Source: Acidobacteriota bacterium
GTDB lineage: Bacteria; Acidobacteriota; Polarisedimenticolia; Gp22-AA2; AA152
Length of the DNA: 56,720 bases
Direction of reading: 5' to 3'
NCBI GenBank assembly: GCA_022616665.1
Contig: JAKEFJ010000175.1
Location: 1 to 56,720, forward strand
Notes under the pieces: model-generated
Told to the model about the DNA's origin: nothing
What the model saw: the letters and a program-made list of their open reading frames with translations, nothing else
Databases searched by the model: none
Shown: positions 10,389 through 20,075 of the stretch, one piece after another
Position numbering within the stretch: the first letter of the stretch is position 1
Layout of the letters: each line of letters begins with the position of its first letter
Program-made: the position numbers and the translations under genes

Positions 10389-13300
10389 CTAGGTCGCGAT
10401 CTGGACGCGATTCCGGCTGTGCGCGGAGATTCGCGGGCTCGGGGTGAGGATGCCATGCAGATTGAGCGGATCGGAAGCGGACACCCACAGGGGTGAGCCC
10501 CCTTGGCGATTGCGGATGGAGCGCAGCAGCTCAACAGCCTCGGGAAGCGCGTATTGCTCCCCGGAAATGCCGGCCACGAAGCGTCCCCCACGAATCTCCC
10601 CACGCAGCTCCAGGCGGCGATACGCCCGCACGACATCGCGCCACGGGATCGGGATCTTCTCGCGCTCCAGAAGGCGCCTCTGCATGAGGCCGTAGCGCCT
10701 GAGGAGCTGCCGGGCGGCGAATTCCGCAGCGGATTCCCGTTGCGGGTCCGAAACGACAGATGCCAAGCCTGGCCTTCCATCCCGCGGCGGGCGTGGTTCG
10801 GAGAGCGGTACACGGGTCGCCCCCGGTTGGGACAAACCGGCTACTTGGGGATCCGGTCGCAGCAGCGACCAGCGGCCGGCGGGAGACAGCAGCGATTTCA
10901 CTCCGAATCGCCGGTGGACCTTGGAAGGCCTGAGAAGTCGGCGAAGTCCACCGAAGGAATCGCAGGTGACCAGCCCCCGGGCAATCAGTTCCGAGACCGC
11001 CATGTTGAGGTGGGTCGGCAGCAATCCACTGGCCGATTCCAGCTCCTGGGTGAACAGGGCGCCTCGGGAAGAAAGCAGATCCCGCAGAACCTGGGCCCGG
11101 CCGGAGAGGGCGGTTCCAGAGGCCTGCTTCGTAGCCCGGGATAGGGACATCCAGTCTGACAAGTCCCGGCGCGGCAGCAGCGTGATGGGGGTGGTTCGGA
11201 TGGCCGCTTCCCCCGAGCCCCAGATTCTTCCCCACGCCACCTCGCCCGTCAGAGTCAGGTGATCCAGCCAGTCGGAGCGATACCCGCGCACCCGGGACGG
11301 AAAAATGCTCGTCTCCCATGCCGCCGCGGGGATCTCGAACCCCGCGAGCTGCTGGACGAGCTCGGACACGCCGCGCGGACCGTCCAGCCGGTGCGCCTCA
11401 TCAGCGTGCTGCCAGCATGCCAGAAAGCGCCAGTAGGCGGCGGCGCTCACCGGCTCGATTTCGCGGCGCAGCCGCTCCAGGGTGTAGGTGTGGATCCGGG
11501 CGAGCAGGCGACGGTCGCACCAAGCCTGCTTGCCCTCAACGCGGCAGCGAAGAATGACCCCTTCCTGCTCGAGGGCCAGCAGGGCCGGCCCGTCCTCCGG
11601 CGATAGCGCCAATCGTCCCTCCGCGCCGGAGACCATGGGTCCGAGAGCTTCAAGCCGCCCGCGCAGGAGGGCCTTCGGCTCCCGGGAAGCTTCCACGGCG
11701 AAGCAGCGCTCTTCCTCGCGAACGACTCGCGAGGCCCCGCGCAGCTCGTCGATCCATTGCCCCCAGCCCGATTGGCGGATTTCGTCTTCGGTGACGAATC
11801 CCATCCACAGCAGCGCCTCATGCACCTCCTCGGCGCTCTCCGGCTGGGGCCACGCTTCGTCGCGCACGCGCGCCACGGCATTGGGATCGAGGGCCCCCAG
11901 CGTATCGGCGCTGGAGGCATCCAGGGCCCGGCGCTGCAGCACCGCCTGGGTGCGCCGCTCCTCCAGCGGCGCGTCATCCAGGAAGGCGTAGGGCATGGCG
12001 TTCAGGACGCCCAGCGCGAAGGGGGAAGGCTCGGGCGTGTCGATGGCGATCCGGTGAATTTTTCCTCGGCGCAGATTGCGCAGCAGCTCCAACATCCCCT
12101 CGGCGTCCATGGCCTCTTCAAGGCAATCCTCGATGGTCTGCCGGACGATGGGATGCTCCCAGGGCACGGGGATGTCCCCTGGGGGAAGCGTCTCGCCACA
12201 GGCCAACACTTGCGGGAAGGCATGGACCAGCTGGTCATCCGCCCGCATCCTCAGGAGTGGCGCCGGCACACGTCGGCCGCCTTTGTGCGTCCGGGAGAGG
12301 AGAAGCGAGCGGGTCAGGTTCCAGCGCCAGCGGGTCAGGAACAGGGGAGAGGGGAACAGCGCCTGCACCAGGAGGTCCTTGGCGGTATTGGGGTGAAGGT
12401 AGTCGAACACCTCGGCGAGGGGGAAGCTGTGGTGGGGACCCAGCGAAATGATGATGGCTTCTTCGTTGGCCGCGGCCTGCAGCTCGAATCCGAAGCCCCG
12501 ACAGAACCGCTTGCGCAATGCCAGGCCCCAGGCGCGGTTGACGCGGCCGCCGAAGGGGGAGTGAATGACCAGCTGCATCCCACCCGACTCGTCGAAGAAT
12601 CGCTCCAGGATGACGCACTCCTGGGAGGGCACGCCTCCCAGTATCCTCGCGCCTTCCTCCACATATTCCGCCAGCTGCGTGGCGGCGCCCTCGCTCAGCC
12701 CCGCCTCGCGCATCAGCCAATCCGGCTCGCGTCCGAAGGTGCGGATGCGGGTGATGGATGAAGAGAGCTCCGGCGTGCGTGCGGGGCCCTCACCCAGCCA
12801 GAAGGGGAGGCTGGGAGGCGTCCCCTGCGCATCGGCCACTCGCACGATTCCCGGCTCCACCTTCAGAATCTTCCAGGAGGCGTTGCCCAGCTGGAAGATG
12901 TCTCCCACCGTGGCCTCCACCGCGAAATCTTCATGCACCGAGCCGATGAGCGTCCCCTCAGGTTCCAGAAGAACCTGATAGTCGGCGGTGTCGGGAATGG
13001 CCCCGCCGGAGGTGAGTGCGATGAGACGGGCGCGGCGCGTGGCGCGCAGCCGCTGGTTCACGCCGTCCCGGTGCAAAAGCGCCAGACGACCCTGAGTGTG
13101 CAATCGAACCACAGCGTCGAACTCCCCACGGGACAAATCGCGATACGGCCAGGAGCGTGTCAGGCTGGCGAAGAGAGAGCTTTCCTCCCAGGCTTCGGGC
13201 ACGCACGAGGCGACGATCTGCTGGGCCAGGATATCCAGCGGCCGGCGTGGCTGCGGTGTGCGGTCGAGCTCTCCGTTGCAGACGGAATGGAGCAGGGCCG

Positions 13301-14432
13301 CAGAACAGACCAGCTCATCCCGGGTCAAGGGGAAGATGCGTCCCTTCGGGGTGCGAGAGAGGGCGTGGCCGGCGCGCCCTATGCGCTGGAGGAACGTTGC
13401 GATGGAGGGAGTGACGCCTACCTGAATCACCAGGTCCACCTCGCCGATGTCGATTCCCAGCTCCAGCGAAGCGGTGGCCACCAGGGCCCTCAGGGATCCC
13501 GATTTGAGGCGCTGCTCGGCATCCAGGCGCCGCTCGCGGGAGAGGCTGCCGTGGTGGCTGGTGACCTGGTCCTTCCCCAGCACGTCGGTCAGCCGCGCCG
13601 CCACCCGCTCGGCCAGCTTGCGCGTGTTGACGAAGATCAGCGTGGTGCGGTGCTCTTGAATCAGAGCCGCCATCCGCTTGTAGATCTCATCCCACATCTC
13701 GTGCGAGCAGACGGCGGAAAGCGGGGAATCGGGAATCTCCACCCCCAGGTCCATGGCGCGGCGGTGACCCACATCCACCAGGGTCACCTCGCGGCGCGCG
13801 CCGACCAGGAGCCTCCCGACATCGTGCAGGGGTTTTTGGGTTGCCGAAAGGCCGATGCGCTGCGGCGGGGAATCGGCCAGGGATTCCAGGCGCTCCAGCG
13901 ACAATGCCAGGTGCGCCCCGCGCTTGTCGCCGCACAGGGCGTGAATCTCGTCCACGATGACGGTGCGCACGGTGCGCAGCATGCTGCGGCCCCCGTCGCT
14001 GGTGAGGAGAATGTAGAAGGACTCGGGGGTGGTGACCAGGATGTGAGGGGGACGCTTGCGCATGGAGGCGCGCGCGGCGGGCAGCGTGTCGCCCGAGCGC
14101 ACGAGAACCCGTACTTCAGGCAGCGTCGGGTCCAATTCCTGTAGCTCAGAGAGGGGGCCCTGAAGGTTCTTCTGAACGTCGTTTCCCAGCGCTTTCAGAG
14201 GAGAGATGTACAGCACCTGAGTGGTGTCCGCCAGCGCCTCGCCCTGCCGAATCAGCGAATCGATGGCCGAGAGAAACGCGGCAAGCGTCTTCCCGGTCCC
14301 TGTGGGCGCCGCGATGAGCGTATGCCGCCCCTCCCGGATGGGCGGCCAGCCCATTTCCTGGGGCTGAGAGGGATCGTGGAATTTTTCCTGGAACCATCGT
14401 CGGATCGTGACGTGGAAACTGGCCGAGAGCAT
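10389..14432 (-). CDS. lhr: Lhr-type large ATP-dependent SF2 helicase
   Basis: 1347 aa. AAPTGTGKT Walker A, VIVDEIHAL (DEIH) and QRIGRAGH motifs, then a long Lhr-style winged-helix and C-terminal extension. Confidence 0.88.
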   Translation of the reverse strand: MLSASFHVTIRRWFQEKFHDPSQPQEMGWPPIREGRHTLIAAPTGTGKTLAAFLSAIDSLIRQGEALADTTQVLYISPLKALGNDVQKNLQGPLSELQELDPTLPEVRVLVRSGDTLPAARASMRKRPPHILVTTPESFYILLTSDGGRSMLRTVRTVIVDEIHALCGDKRGAHLALSLERLESLADSPPQRIGLSATQKPLHDVGRLLVGARREVTLVDVGHRRAMDLGVEIPDSPLSAVCSHEMWDEIYKRMAALIQEHRTTLIFVNTRKLAERVAARLTDVLGKDQVTSHHGSLSRERRLDAEQRLKSGSLRALVATASLELGIDIGEVDLVIQVGVTPSIATFLQRIGRAGHALSRTPKGRIFPLTRDELVCSAALLHSVCNGELDRTPQPRRPLDILAQQIVASCVPEAWEESSLFASLTRSWPYRDLSRGEFDAVVRLHTQGRLALLHRDGVNQRLRATRRARLIALTSGGAIPDTADYQVLLEPEGTLIGSVHEDFAVEATVGDIFQLGNASWKILKVEPGIVRVADAQGTPPSLPFWLGEGPARTPELSSSITRIRTFGREPDWLMREAGLSEGAATQLAEYVEEGARILGGVPSQECVILERFFDESGGMQLVIHSPFGGRVNRAWGLALRKRFCRGFGFELQAAANEEAIIISLGPHHSFPLAEVFDYLHPNTAKDLLVQALFPSPLFLTRWRWNLTRSLLLSRTHKGGRRVPAPLLRMRADDQLVHAFPQVLACGETLPPGDIPVPWEHPIVRQTIEDCLEEAMDAEGMLELLRNLRRGKIHRIAIDTPEPSPFALGVLNAMPYAFLDDAPLEERRTQAVLQRRALDASSADTLGALDPNAVARVRDEAWPQPESAEEVHEALLWMGFVTEDEIRQSGWGQWIDELRGASRVVREEERCFAVEASREPKALLRGRLEALGPMVSGAEGRLALSPEDGPALLALEQEGVILRCRVEGKQAWCDRRLLARIHTYTLERLRREIEPVSAAAYWRFLACWQHADEAHRLDGPRGVSELVQQLAGFEIPAAAWETSIFPSRVRGYRSDWLDHLTLTGEVAWGRIWGSGEAAIRTTPITLLPRRDLSDWMSLSRATKQASGTALSGRAQVLRDLLSSRGALFTQELESASGLLPTHLNMAVSELIARGLVTCDSFGGLRRLLRPSKVHRRFGVKSLLSPAGRWSLLRPDPQVAGLSQPGATRVPLSEPRPPRDGRPGLASVVSDPQRESAAEFAARQLLRRYGLMQRRLLEREKIPIPWRDVVRAYRRLELRGEIRGGRFVAGISGEQYALPEAVELLRSIRNRQGGSPLWVSASDPLNLHGILTPSPRISAHSRNRVQIAT

Positions 14433-14444
14433 GACTCCTTCCTG

Positions 14445-14476
14445 CAGGATTTTCCCATTATACCCAGAAAATCCTG
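14445..14476 (-). promoter_or_regulatory. Perfect 10-bp inverted repeat (CAGGATTTTC-N12-GAAAATCCTG) enclosing a minus-strand TATAAT, 13 nt upstream of the lhr start
   Basis: Arms at 14445-14454 and 14467-14476. The loop contains attata (TATAAT on the minus strand). GGAAGGAG SD lies between it and ATG 14432. Confidence 0.35.
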
Positions 14477-14500
14477 ATGCGGAGGGAGCTCTCTCCCGGT

Positions 14501-15850
14501 TCAGCTGCCGCTGATGCTGATGCCTTCGAGAAGGACGGTGGAGCCGGAGTTGCCGGAGGCGAAGAACCGCAGGTCGTCGGCCACGGCGGCGAGGGCGTTG
14601 AGCAGATCGCGCACGTTGCCGGAAATCCCCATCTTCTGCACCGGGCGGAGCATGGAACCATTCTCCATTTCCCAGCCCACGGCCCCCAGGGAGAAATCGC
14701 CGCTGATCGGGTCGATGGTGTGCAGCCCCATCACCTCGGAGACGTAGATTCCCTTGGCCACCATGCCCAGCAGCGTCTTCCGGTTGATCCCGGTGGAGCG
14801 CAATAACAGCGTGTTGGTGCCGATGTGGGGCGAGGCCAGGTAGCCGCCGCGCTGGGCGCTGCCGGTGCGCTGGGCTTTCATCTTGCGGGCCGTGTAATCA
14901 TCGTGCAGGTAGCTGTTCAAGATTCCCTGGTCGATGAGCGTGGTGCGCCGCGTGGGGGTCCCTTCGCCGTCCACCGGTCCGGTGTTCAAGGCGCCCGGAA
15001 TCCTGCCGTCATCGATCAAGGTGAGGTTGGCGCGGGCCACGCTCTGCCCCAGCAATCCCTGGAACAGCGACTTCCTCTTGATCACATTGTCGGCATAAAA
15101 CGCGGAAGCCAGCGTCCCGAAGACACCGGCGACCACTTCAGGGTCCAGCACCACCTCGGTGCGCCGCGTGGTGACCGACTCGCCGCCCAGCTTGTTGATG
15201 GCGCGCGAGGCGGCTTCGATCCCGATGGCGTCCGGCTCGAGATCGTCGATCCCCAGGGCGAAGCCCGCCGAATAGCCGGTCTGGCTTTCTTCCTTGTCGA
15301 TGGCCACCAGCTCGATGGAGCCGAACGCGCGGCTCATGGTGTATCCAGCCCGCAACCCTTCCGTGTTGGCGACCCAGCAGCCTCCCCAGACATCCGAATA
15401 GCGGCTGTCCCGCACCCGCTTCACCCGGCTGGAGAAGCGCAACGCGCAGCTCTCGATGCGCCGGGCCATGTCTACCTTCTGATCCACGCTCACCGCGCTC
15501 AGATGCGGGTCTTCATTCTTGAGGTTGAAGGTCGTCGGCTCGGCCACCGGCACTTTCAGTTCCGGCTCGGGGTCCACGTGCGGCAGGATGGCCACCGCCC
15601 GCTCCAGCGCCTTCGCGATCCCTTGGGCGGTGGCGTCGGGGGTGAACGAGAATCCGACCCGTCCCCCGCGGAAGACGCGCAGGCCCAGCCCGCGTTCCTG
15701 CTTCGCCTCGACGCTTTCGATCCTCTGATCCACCACGCTGGCGGAGGTCTCGTGGGTGTCCTGATAATAGATTTCACCCCCGTCCACCGGCGCCTTCGTC
15801 AGGGCCGCCAGAGCCAGGTCCAGGATCTTGTCGTGCTCGCCGCCTGCCAT
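14501..15850 (-). CDS. pmbA: TldD/PmbA family metalloprotease subunit (PmbA/TldE-like)
   Basis: 449 aa. Peptidase U62-type C-terminus (GDFSLGAVGWEMENG). Paired with tldD immediately upstream. Confidence 0.82.
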   Translation of the reverse strand: MAGGEHDKILDLALAALTKAPVDGGEIYYQDTHETSASVVDQRIESVEAKQERGLGLRVFRGGRVGFSFTPDATAQGIAKALERAVAILPHVDPEPELKVPVAEPTTFNLKNEDPHLSAVSVDQKVDMARRIESCALRFSSRVKRVRDSRYSDVWGGCWVANTEGLRAGYTMSRAFGSIELVAIDKEESQTGYSAGFALGIDDLEPDAIGIEAASRAINKLGGESVTTRRTEVVLDPEVVAGVFGTLASAFYADNVIKRKSLFQGLLGQSVARANLTLIDDGRIPGALNTGPVDGEGTPTRRTTLIDQGILNSYLHDDYTARKMKAQRTGSAQRGGYLASPHIGTNTLLLRSTGINRKTLLGMVAKGIYVSEVMGLHTIDPISGDFSLGAVGWEMENGSMLRPVQKMGISGNVRDLLNALAAVADDLRFFASGNSGSTVLLEGISISGS

Positions 15851-15865
15851 GGTTCTCCTGGCGCC

Positions 15866-17269
15866 TCAGTCGGTGGGGGCGATGGTGCCACCCACCACAA
15901 TCTTTGGAATCCGCAGCGTCGGCTGCGCGTCAGCCACGGGAACCCGCTGGCCGTCCTTCCCGCAGGTGCCCACGCCGAAGCCCAGATCGGAGCCGACGGC
16001 GTCGATGCTGCTCAGCACTTCGGGGCCGTTCCCGATCAGAGTGGCGTCGCGGATCGGCTCGGCGATCCTCCCGTCGCGGATTCTGTAAGCCTCACCCACG
16101 TTGAAGATGAAATTCCCGCTGGCGATGTCGACCTCGCCGCCTCCCATCTGGCAGACGAAGACACCATCCTTCACGCTTGAGAGGATCTCCCCGGGTGGGG
16201 TCTTCCCCGACAGGATCATCGTGTTGCGCATCCGGGGAATGGGAAGGTGACGGTAGCTTTCGCGCCGACCGTTGCCGGTAGGCGAATGTCCGAGCTTCCG
16301 GGCGGTCCGGCGGCTGTGGAGATACGACTTGAGGACCCCCTTTTCGATGAGTAGGACTCTCGAGCTGGGAATGCCTTCGTCGTCCATGCCGGTGGAGCCG
16401 CGCTTGTTGGGCAGGGTTCCGTCATCCACCACGGTGATCAGCTCGGAGGCGACCTGCTGGCCCAGCTTGCCCGCATAGATGGAGAGAGACTTCTCGGCGA
16501 AATCCCCCTCCAGTCCGTGGCCGCAGGCTTCGTGGACCATGGTTCCTCCCGCCTTGGAGGAGAGCACCACGGTGAAGGTGCCTGCCGGGGCGGGCTTCGC
16601 CGCCAGCTGGACCATGGCGATGCGCGCCGCCTCCTTGCCCACCTCCTCGGGAGGGTGCTCCTCGAACAGCTCGAACCCCTTGGTCTCAGCCAGGGAATGG
16701 TAGCCGGTGCGAATCTGCTCTCCCTCCCGGGCGATGGCCGAGCCGAAAAGCGTCGAATAGACCCGGGTCTCGCGGGAGAACACTCCCTCGGAGTTGATGA
16801 TGGCGATGGAGAGGGTGGAATCCCCATAGCTGGCGGAGAACTGCACCACCGAGGGATGGGCAGCGCGCGCCGCCTTCTCCGCCCGGCGCACCAGCTCCAC
16901 CTTCCTGCCGAGATCGATCGTTCCCGGGGCGATCCGGATCGGCGAGACGGGAGGGACCTCGGAAGGGCGCAGAGTTGCCAGGGAGCCGGGCTTCCCCCCC
17001 CCCTCCAGCGCCTGCGCCAGCCGCGTGGCCTCGCTCACGAGGGTTTCCACGTCCAGGGAATTGCCCGAGTAAAAAAAGGTTCGATCGCTGGAAACCAGCC
17101 GCATCGAAACGCCTGAATCCTCTCCCGACAGGATCTCCTCGAGCTTGCCGTCATCTAGAATGATGCGGGTGTACTGATTCGCCTGGCAGTAGATTTCGGC
17201 GAACTCTCCGCCGCGGGCGAGAAGCGCCGCCAGAATGCGTAGCGCCGATGACTCATCCATGAAGTTCAT
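15866..17269 (-). CDS. tldD: TldD family metalloprotease
   Basis: 467 aa. HEACGHGLEGD zinc motif, GNFIFNVGEAYRIRDGRI, and a conserved C-terminal PTLRIPKIVVGG. Confidence 0.87.
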   Translation of the reverse strand: MNFMDESSALRILAALLARGGEFAEIYCQANQYTRIILDDGKLEEILSGEDSGVSMRLVSSDRTFFYSGNSLDVETLVSEATRLAQALEGGGKPGSLATLRPSEVPPVSPIRIAPGTIDLGRKVELVRRAEKAARAAHPSVVQFSASYGDSTLSIAIINSEGVFSRETRVYSTLFGSAIAREGEQIRTGYHSLAETKGFELFEEHPPEEVGKEAARIAMVQLAAKPAPAGTFTVVLSSKAGGTMVHEACGHGLEGDFAEKSLSIYAGKLGQQVASELITVVDDGTLPNKRGSTGMDDEGIPSSRVLLIEKGVLKSYLHSRRTARKLGHSPTGNGRRESYRHLPIPRMRNTMILSGKTPPGEILSSVKDGVFVCQMGGGEVDIASGNFIFNVGEAYRIRDGRIAEPIRDATLIGNGPEVLSSIDAVGSDLGFGVGTCGKDGQRVPVADAQPTLRIPKIVVGGTIAPTD

Positions 17270-17278
17270 GCTTGCTCC

Positions 17279-17938
17279 TCACTGGGCCGCCTGGCGGCTC
17301 TCCCATTCTCGGCGCAACGAGTCAAACGCCTGCCTCGCCTTGGCCCGGGTCTCTTCCAGGCTGCCGGAAGTGTCCAGCACGATGTGGGCGATTCGCCGCC
17401 TGGCGGCGGAGTCGGCCTGGGCACCGATCCGCCGGAGCGCCTGCTCCTCGCCGAGCCCGTCGCGCGCTCTCAAACGCAGCACTTGCGTGGGAGTGTCGCA
17501 CTCGGTCAGGACGATCCGATCAAAGCGGCCGAAAGCGCCCGCCTCGGCCATCAAGGCCGCCTGAGTGACCGCTATCCCTCCCGGATTCTGCCGGGCGAAG
17601 TGCGCCACCCGCTGCTCCGCCTCGGCAAGGATTCGGGGATGCAGGATGGCGTTCAACTGAAGCCTGGCGCGCTCATCGCCGAAAATCCTCTCACCCAGTT
17701 TTTTTCGATCAATCCGACCGTCAGGTTCCAGGATTCCATCGCCGAATCGCCCCCGGATCTCCTGGTAGGCCGGCGTCCCCGGCTGCATCAATTCGTGTCC
17801 CAGGAGGTCTGTATCCAGGACGAACGCCCCCTCCTCCCGAAACACCTCCGCCACGACTGATTTTCCGGTGGCGATTCCCCCGGTGAGTCCCACGCGAAAC
17901 ACGGGTGGGTCCGGAGTCTTCCCAGCGGGAGCACTCAT
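17279..17938 (-). CDS. coaE: Dephospho-CoA kinase
   Basis: VGLTGGIATGKS P-loop, then HPRI...; typical length. Confidence 0.87.
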   Translation of the reverse strand: MSAPAGKTPDPPVFRVGLTGGIATGKSVVAEVFREEGAFVLDTDLLGHELMQPGTPAYQEIRGRFGDGILEPDGRIDRKKLGERIFGDERARLQLNAILHPRILAEAEQRVAHFARQNPGGIAVTQAALMAEAGAFGRFDRIVLTECDTPTQVLRLRARDGLGEEQALRRIGAQADSAARRRIAHIVLDTSGSLEETRAKARQAFDSLRREWESRQAAQ

Positions 17939-18870
17939 CTCTGGGCCGGCAGCCCGCGATGGACCCGGGCCGCCTGAAGCGTGTTTTTGAGCAGACAGGC
18001 GATGGTGAGTGGTCCCACGCCGCCCGGAACCGGGGAGAGGGCGCCCGCCCGGGGCTTCACCCGCCGGGGGTGCACGTCCCCCACCAGCACGCTCCTGCCG
18101 GATTTCAACGCCGCCAATTGCCGGGAACCGGCGCCGAAGAAATCTTCGGCCTGTCCGGGACTCACGATCCGATGGATTCCCACGTCCACCACCGTGGCAC
18201 CCGGCTTGACGAACTCCTCGGTGACGAACGCCGGCTTTCCCACGGCCACCACCAGGATCTCGGCGCTGCGGGCCAGGTGAGGAAGGTCCCGGGTCCTGGA
18301 ATGGCAGATCGTCACGGTGGCATTCGCGTGCAGGAGCAGCATGGACATCGGTTTCCCCACGATGTTGCTGCGACCCACCACCAGGGCATGCGTCCCCTCC
18401 ACGGCGATGCCGGAGCGCTGCAGCAGTTCCATAATGCCGCTGGGAGTACAGGGACGCAGCCCCTGCGCCCCCTCGACGAGCTTTCCCACATTCTCCGGGT
18501 GAAGGCCATCCACGTCCTTTCCTGGATCCAGAGCATGCAGAACGCGGGTTTCATCGGCGTCCTCGGGAAGCGGAAGCTGGACCAGAATTCCATCCACGTC
18601 CGATCGGTCATTCAGGCTCTGGACCGTGGAGAGAGTCCGCCCGCCGTCCAGATTCCCTTCGAGGCGCACCAGCTCTGAATCGATTCCCACCTGTTCGCAG
18701 GCCTTGATCTTGTTGCGGACGTACACCTGGGATGCGAGATTTTCGCCTGAGAGGACGACCACCAGCCGCGGGCGCGGTTTTCCTCGGGCCAGAAGATCCG
18801 CCACGCCGGCGGCCACCTCCTGGCGGATCGCATGCGCCACCACTTCTCCATCCAGCACCCGGGCGCCCAC
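17935..18870 (-). CDS. folD: Bifunctional methylenetetrahydrofolate dehydrogenase / methenyl-THF cyclohydrolase
   Basis: SQVYVRNKIKACEQVGI, GILVQLPLP, DVDGLHPENVGKL, VVGRSNIVGKP and PVPGGVGPLT motifs. 4-nt overlap with coaE. Confidence 0.92.
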   Translation of the reverse strand: MGARVLDGEVVAHAIRQEVAAGVADLLARGKPRPRLVVVLSGENLASQVYVRNKIKACEQVGIDSELVRLEGNLDGGRTLSTVQSLNDRSDVDGILVQLPLPEDADETRVLHALDPGKDVDGLHPENVGKLVEGAQGLRPCTPSGIMELLQRSGIAVEGTHALVVGRSNIVGKPMSMLLLHANATVTICHSRTRDLPHLARSAEILVVAVGKPAFVTEEFVKPGATVVDVGIHRIVSPGQAEDFFGAGSRQLAALKSGRSVLVGDVHPRRVKPRAGALSPVPGGVGPLTIACLLKNTLQAARVHRGLPAQR

Positions 18871-18871
18871 G

Positions 18872-19528
18872 CTACTTCACCTTCTCAAAGTGCCAGGCCA
18901 GTCTGGCCTGGTAGGTCTCGGTCCCGACTTGGAAGCTGGAGATGAGCAGCATCATGGCCTTCCGCCTCTTGCTGGGCGGCATCTCCCTGAAGAAGAGGAG
19001 CCGCTCGACGGGTTTTCCGGTATCCAGAATCATCCCGCTGTCAAAGAAATCGTCGCGCACCGGGTCCAGGTCTTCTCCCGGCTTGCCGATTCCCTGGAGG
19101 TATTGGTAAAGATCGGTGTAATCCAGAATGTGATCCTCTTCATGGGGGCCGCCCAACCTCAAGACATTGCCCGGCTGGAAGCGGACCAGCTCTCGGTTGC
19201 GGTTGTCGATGCTCAGCAGAAAAACCTCGAAGGGAGCGGGACGCCCGCCGGGACCCCGAAAAAGCCCTCCACTGCCGGGCGAGCGTTTTTCGATCCGCGC
19301 TTCCCACTCCTGCACCGTCAAGGGCCGGGCGGAAAAGCCCACGCCCTGGCTGGAAGTGCTGGCCAGATCCGTCCTCGGCTCGCCCTCGACACAGACCGGT
19401 CCCGCCACGATCCGAACCGGCGCAGGCTGCGAGGCAAACACTCGGGGGGAAAGATACAGAATCAATGAAAGTAAGAAGAAGATGCTGGAAACGGGCCGGA
19501 CAAGGACCCGAAGGCGGGACGGGGGCAT
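18872..19528 (-). CDS. Hypothetical secreted protein
   Basis: Start at MPPSRLRVLVRPVSSIFFLLSLILYLSPRVFASQ (signal-peptide-like) with a GAGGAT SD 6 nt upstream. No family recognised. First gene of the folD-coaE string. Confidence 0.55.
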   Translation of the reverse strand: MPPSRLRVLVRPVSSIFFLLSLILYLSPRVFASQPAPVRIVAGPVCVEGEPRTDLASTSSQGVGFSARPLTVQEWEARIEKRSPGSGGLFRGPGGRPAPFEVFLLSIDNRNRELVRFQPGNVLRLGGPHEEDHILDYTDLYQYLQGIGKPGEDLDPVRDDFFDSGMILDTGKPVERLLFFREMPPSKRRKAMMLLISSFQVGTETYQARLAWHFEKVK

Positions 19529-19552
19529 GGCGAATCCTCGCGAGAACGCGTA

Positions 19553-19581
19553 AAGATAGGCTGAATCAGGAGATCTGTCAA
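19553..19581 (-). promoter_or_regulatory. Candidate sigma70-type promoter (TTGACA-N17-TATCTT, minus strand) for the hyp-folD-coaE string
   Basis: tgtcaa at 19576-19581 and aagata at 19553-19558 on the + strand. About 25 nt upstream of ATG 19528. Confidence 0.4.
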
Positions 19582-19631
19582 GATTCGGGGAGAGAGACTG
19601 CGCGCCGCGGGAATGCCTGGACGGCACAAAC

Positions 19632-19660
19632 AAAAAGCGGGGCCGGTTTTCCAGCCCCGC
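19632..19660 (-). terminator. Rho-independent terminator after the 71-aa ORF
   Basis: Minus-strand RNA reads GCGGGGCUGG-AAAA-CCGGCCCCGC followed by UUUUU. Located 30 nt after the stop at 19691. Confidence 0.8.
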
Positions 19661-19690
19661 CTGGGATCGCACGCTCTCCGATGAGCCAGA

Positions 19691-19906
19691 TCAGTGGTCG
19701 GTCTTCAGCATCTGGGGCGTTGCCTTGATGATGAAGACCTCTTCGCTTCCATCCGGATTGGTCTTCACCACCCTGTGAAGGACTACCCGCTGATTGTTCT
19801 TGGTGGCCACCATCGTCTCGACCCGGATGTCCTCGGCGAGAGGTCCGTCGGTCTCGTTCCATCCCCTGGGGACGGTGGGCTTCACGTTCCAACCCTGAAT
19901 CTTCAT
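19691..19906 (-). CDS. Small hypothetical protein (71 aa)
   Basis: GGAGGA SD 5 nt before the ATG. Has its own promoter-like element and terminator. No recognisable family. Confidence 0.55.
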   Translation of the reverse strand: MKIQGWNVKPTVPRGWNETDGPLAEDIRVETMVATKNNQRVVLHRVVKTNPDGSEEVFIIKATPQMLKTDH

Positions 19907-19928
19907 CCGAGTCCTCCGCTTTGACGTG

Positions 19929-19961
19929 GGGCCCGCATCTTCGGGGAGAAGATGCGGGCCC
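19929..19961 (-). promoter_or_regulatory. Perfect 14-bp stem / 5-nt loop hairpin in the 5' leader of the 71-aa gene
   Basis: gggcccgcatcttc (19929-19942) pairs with gaagatgcgggccc (19948-19961). No U-tract on either strand, so it is not an intrinsic terminator. Confidence 0.6.
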
Positions 19962-20046
19962 GGCTCTCCACTACCCCCCCAGATAGGGAGAACTAAAACC
20001 TCCTAGCATTTTCTCGAAACGGCCACTTCCGCCGCTTCACAAGGAA

Positions 20047-20075
20047 GATATACCCAACGATCCGCCCCCTGTCAA
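20047..20075 (-). promoter_or_regulatory. Candidate sigma70-type promoter (TTGACA-N17-TATATC, minus strand) for the 71-aa gene
   Basis: tgtcaa at 20070-20075 and gatata at 20047-20052 on the + strand. Implies a leader of about 130 nt. Confidence 0.4.

Noticed and set aside
18195-18209. TGGCAC-N5-TTGA, a near sigma54 -24/-12 match
   Set aside because: It lies inside folD on the antisense strand with no downstream gene to drive, and the -12 element is TTGA rather than TTGC.
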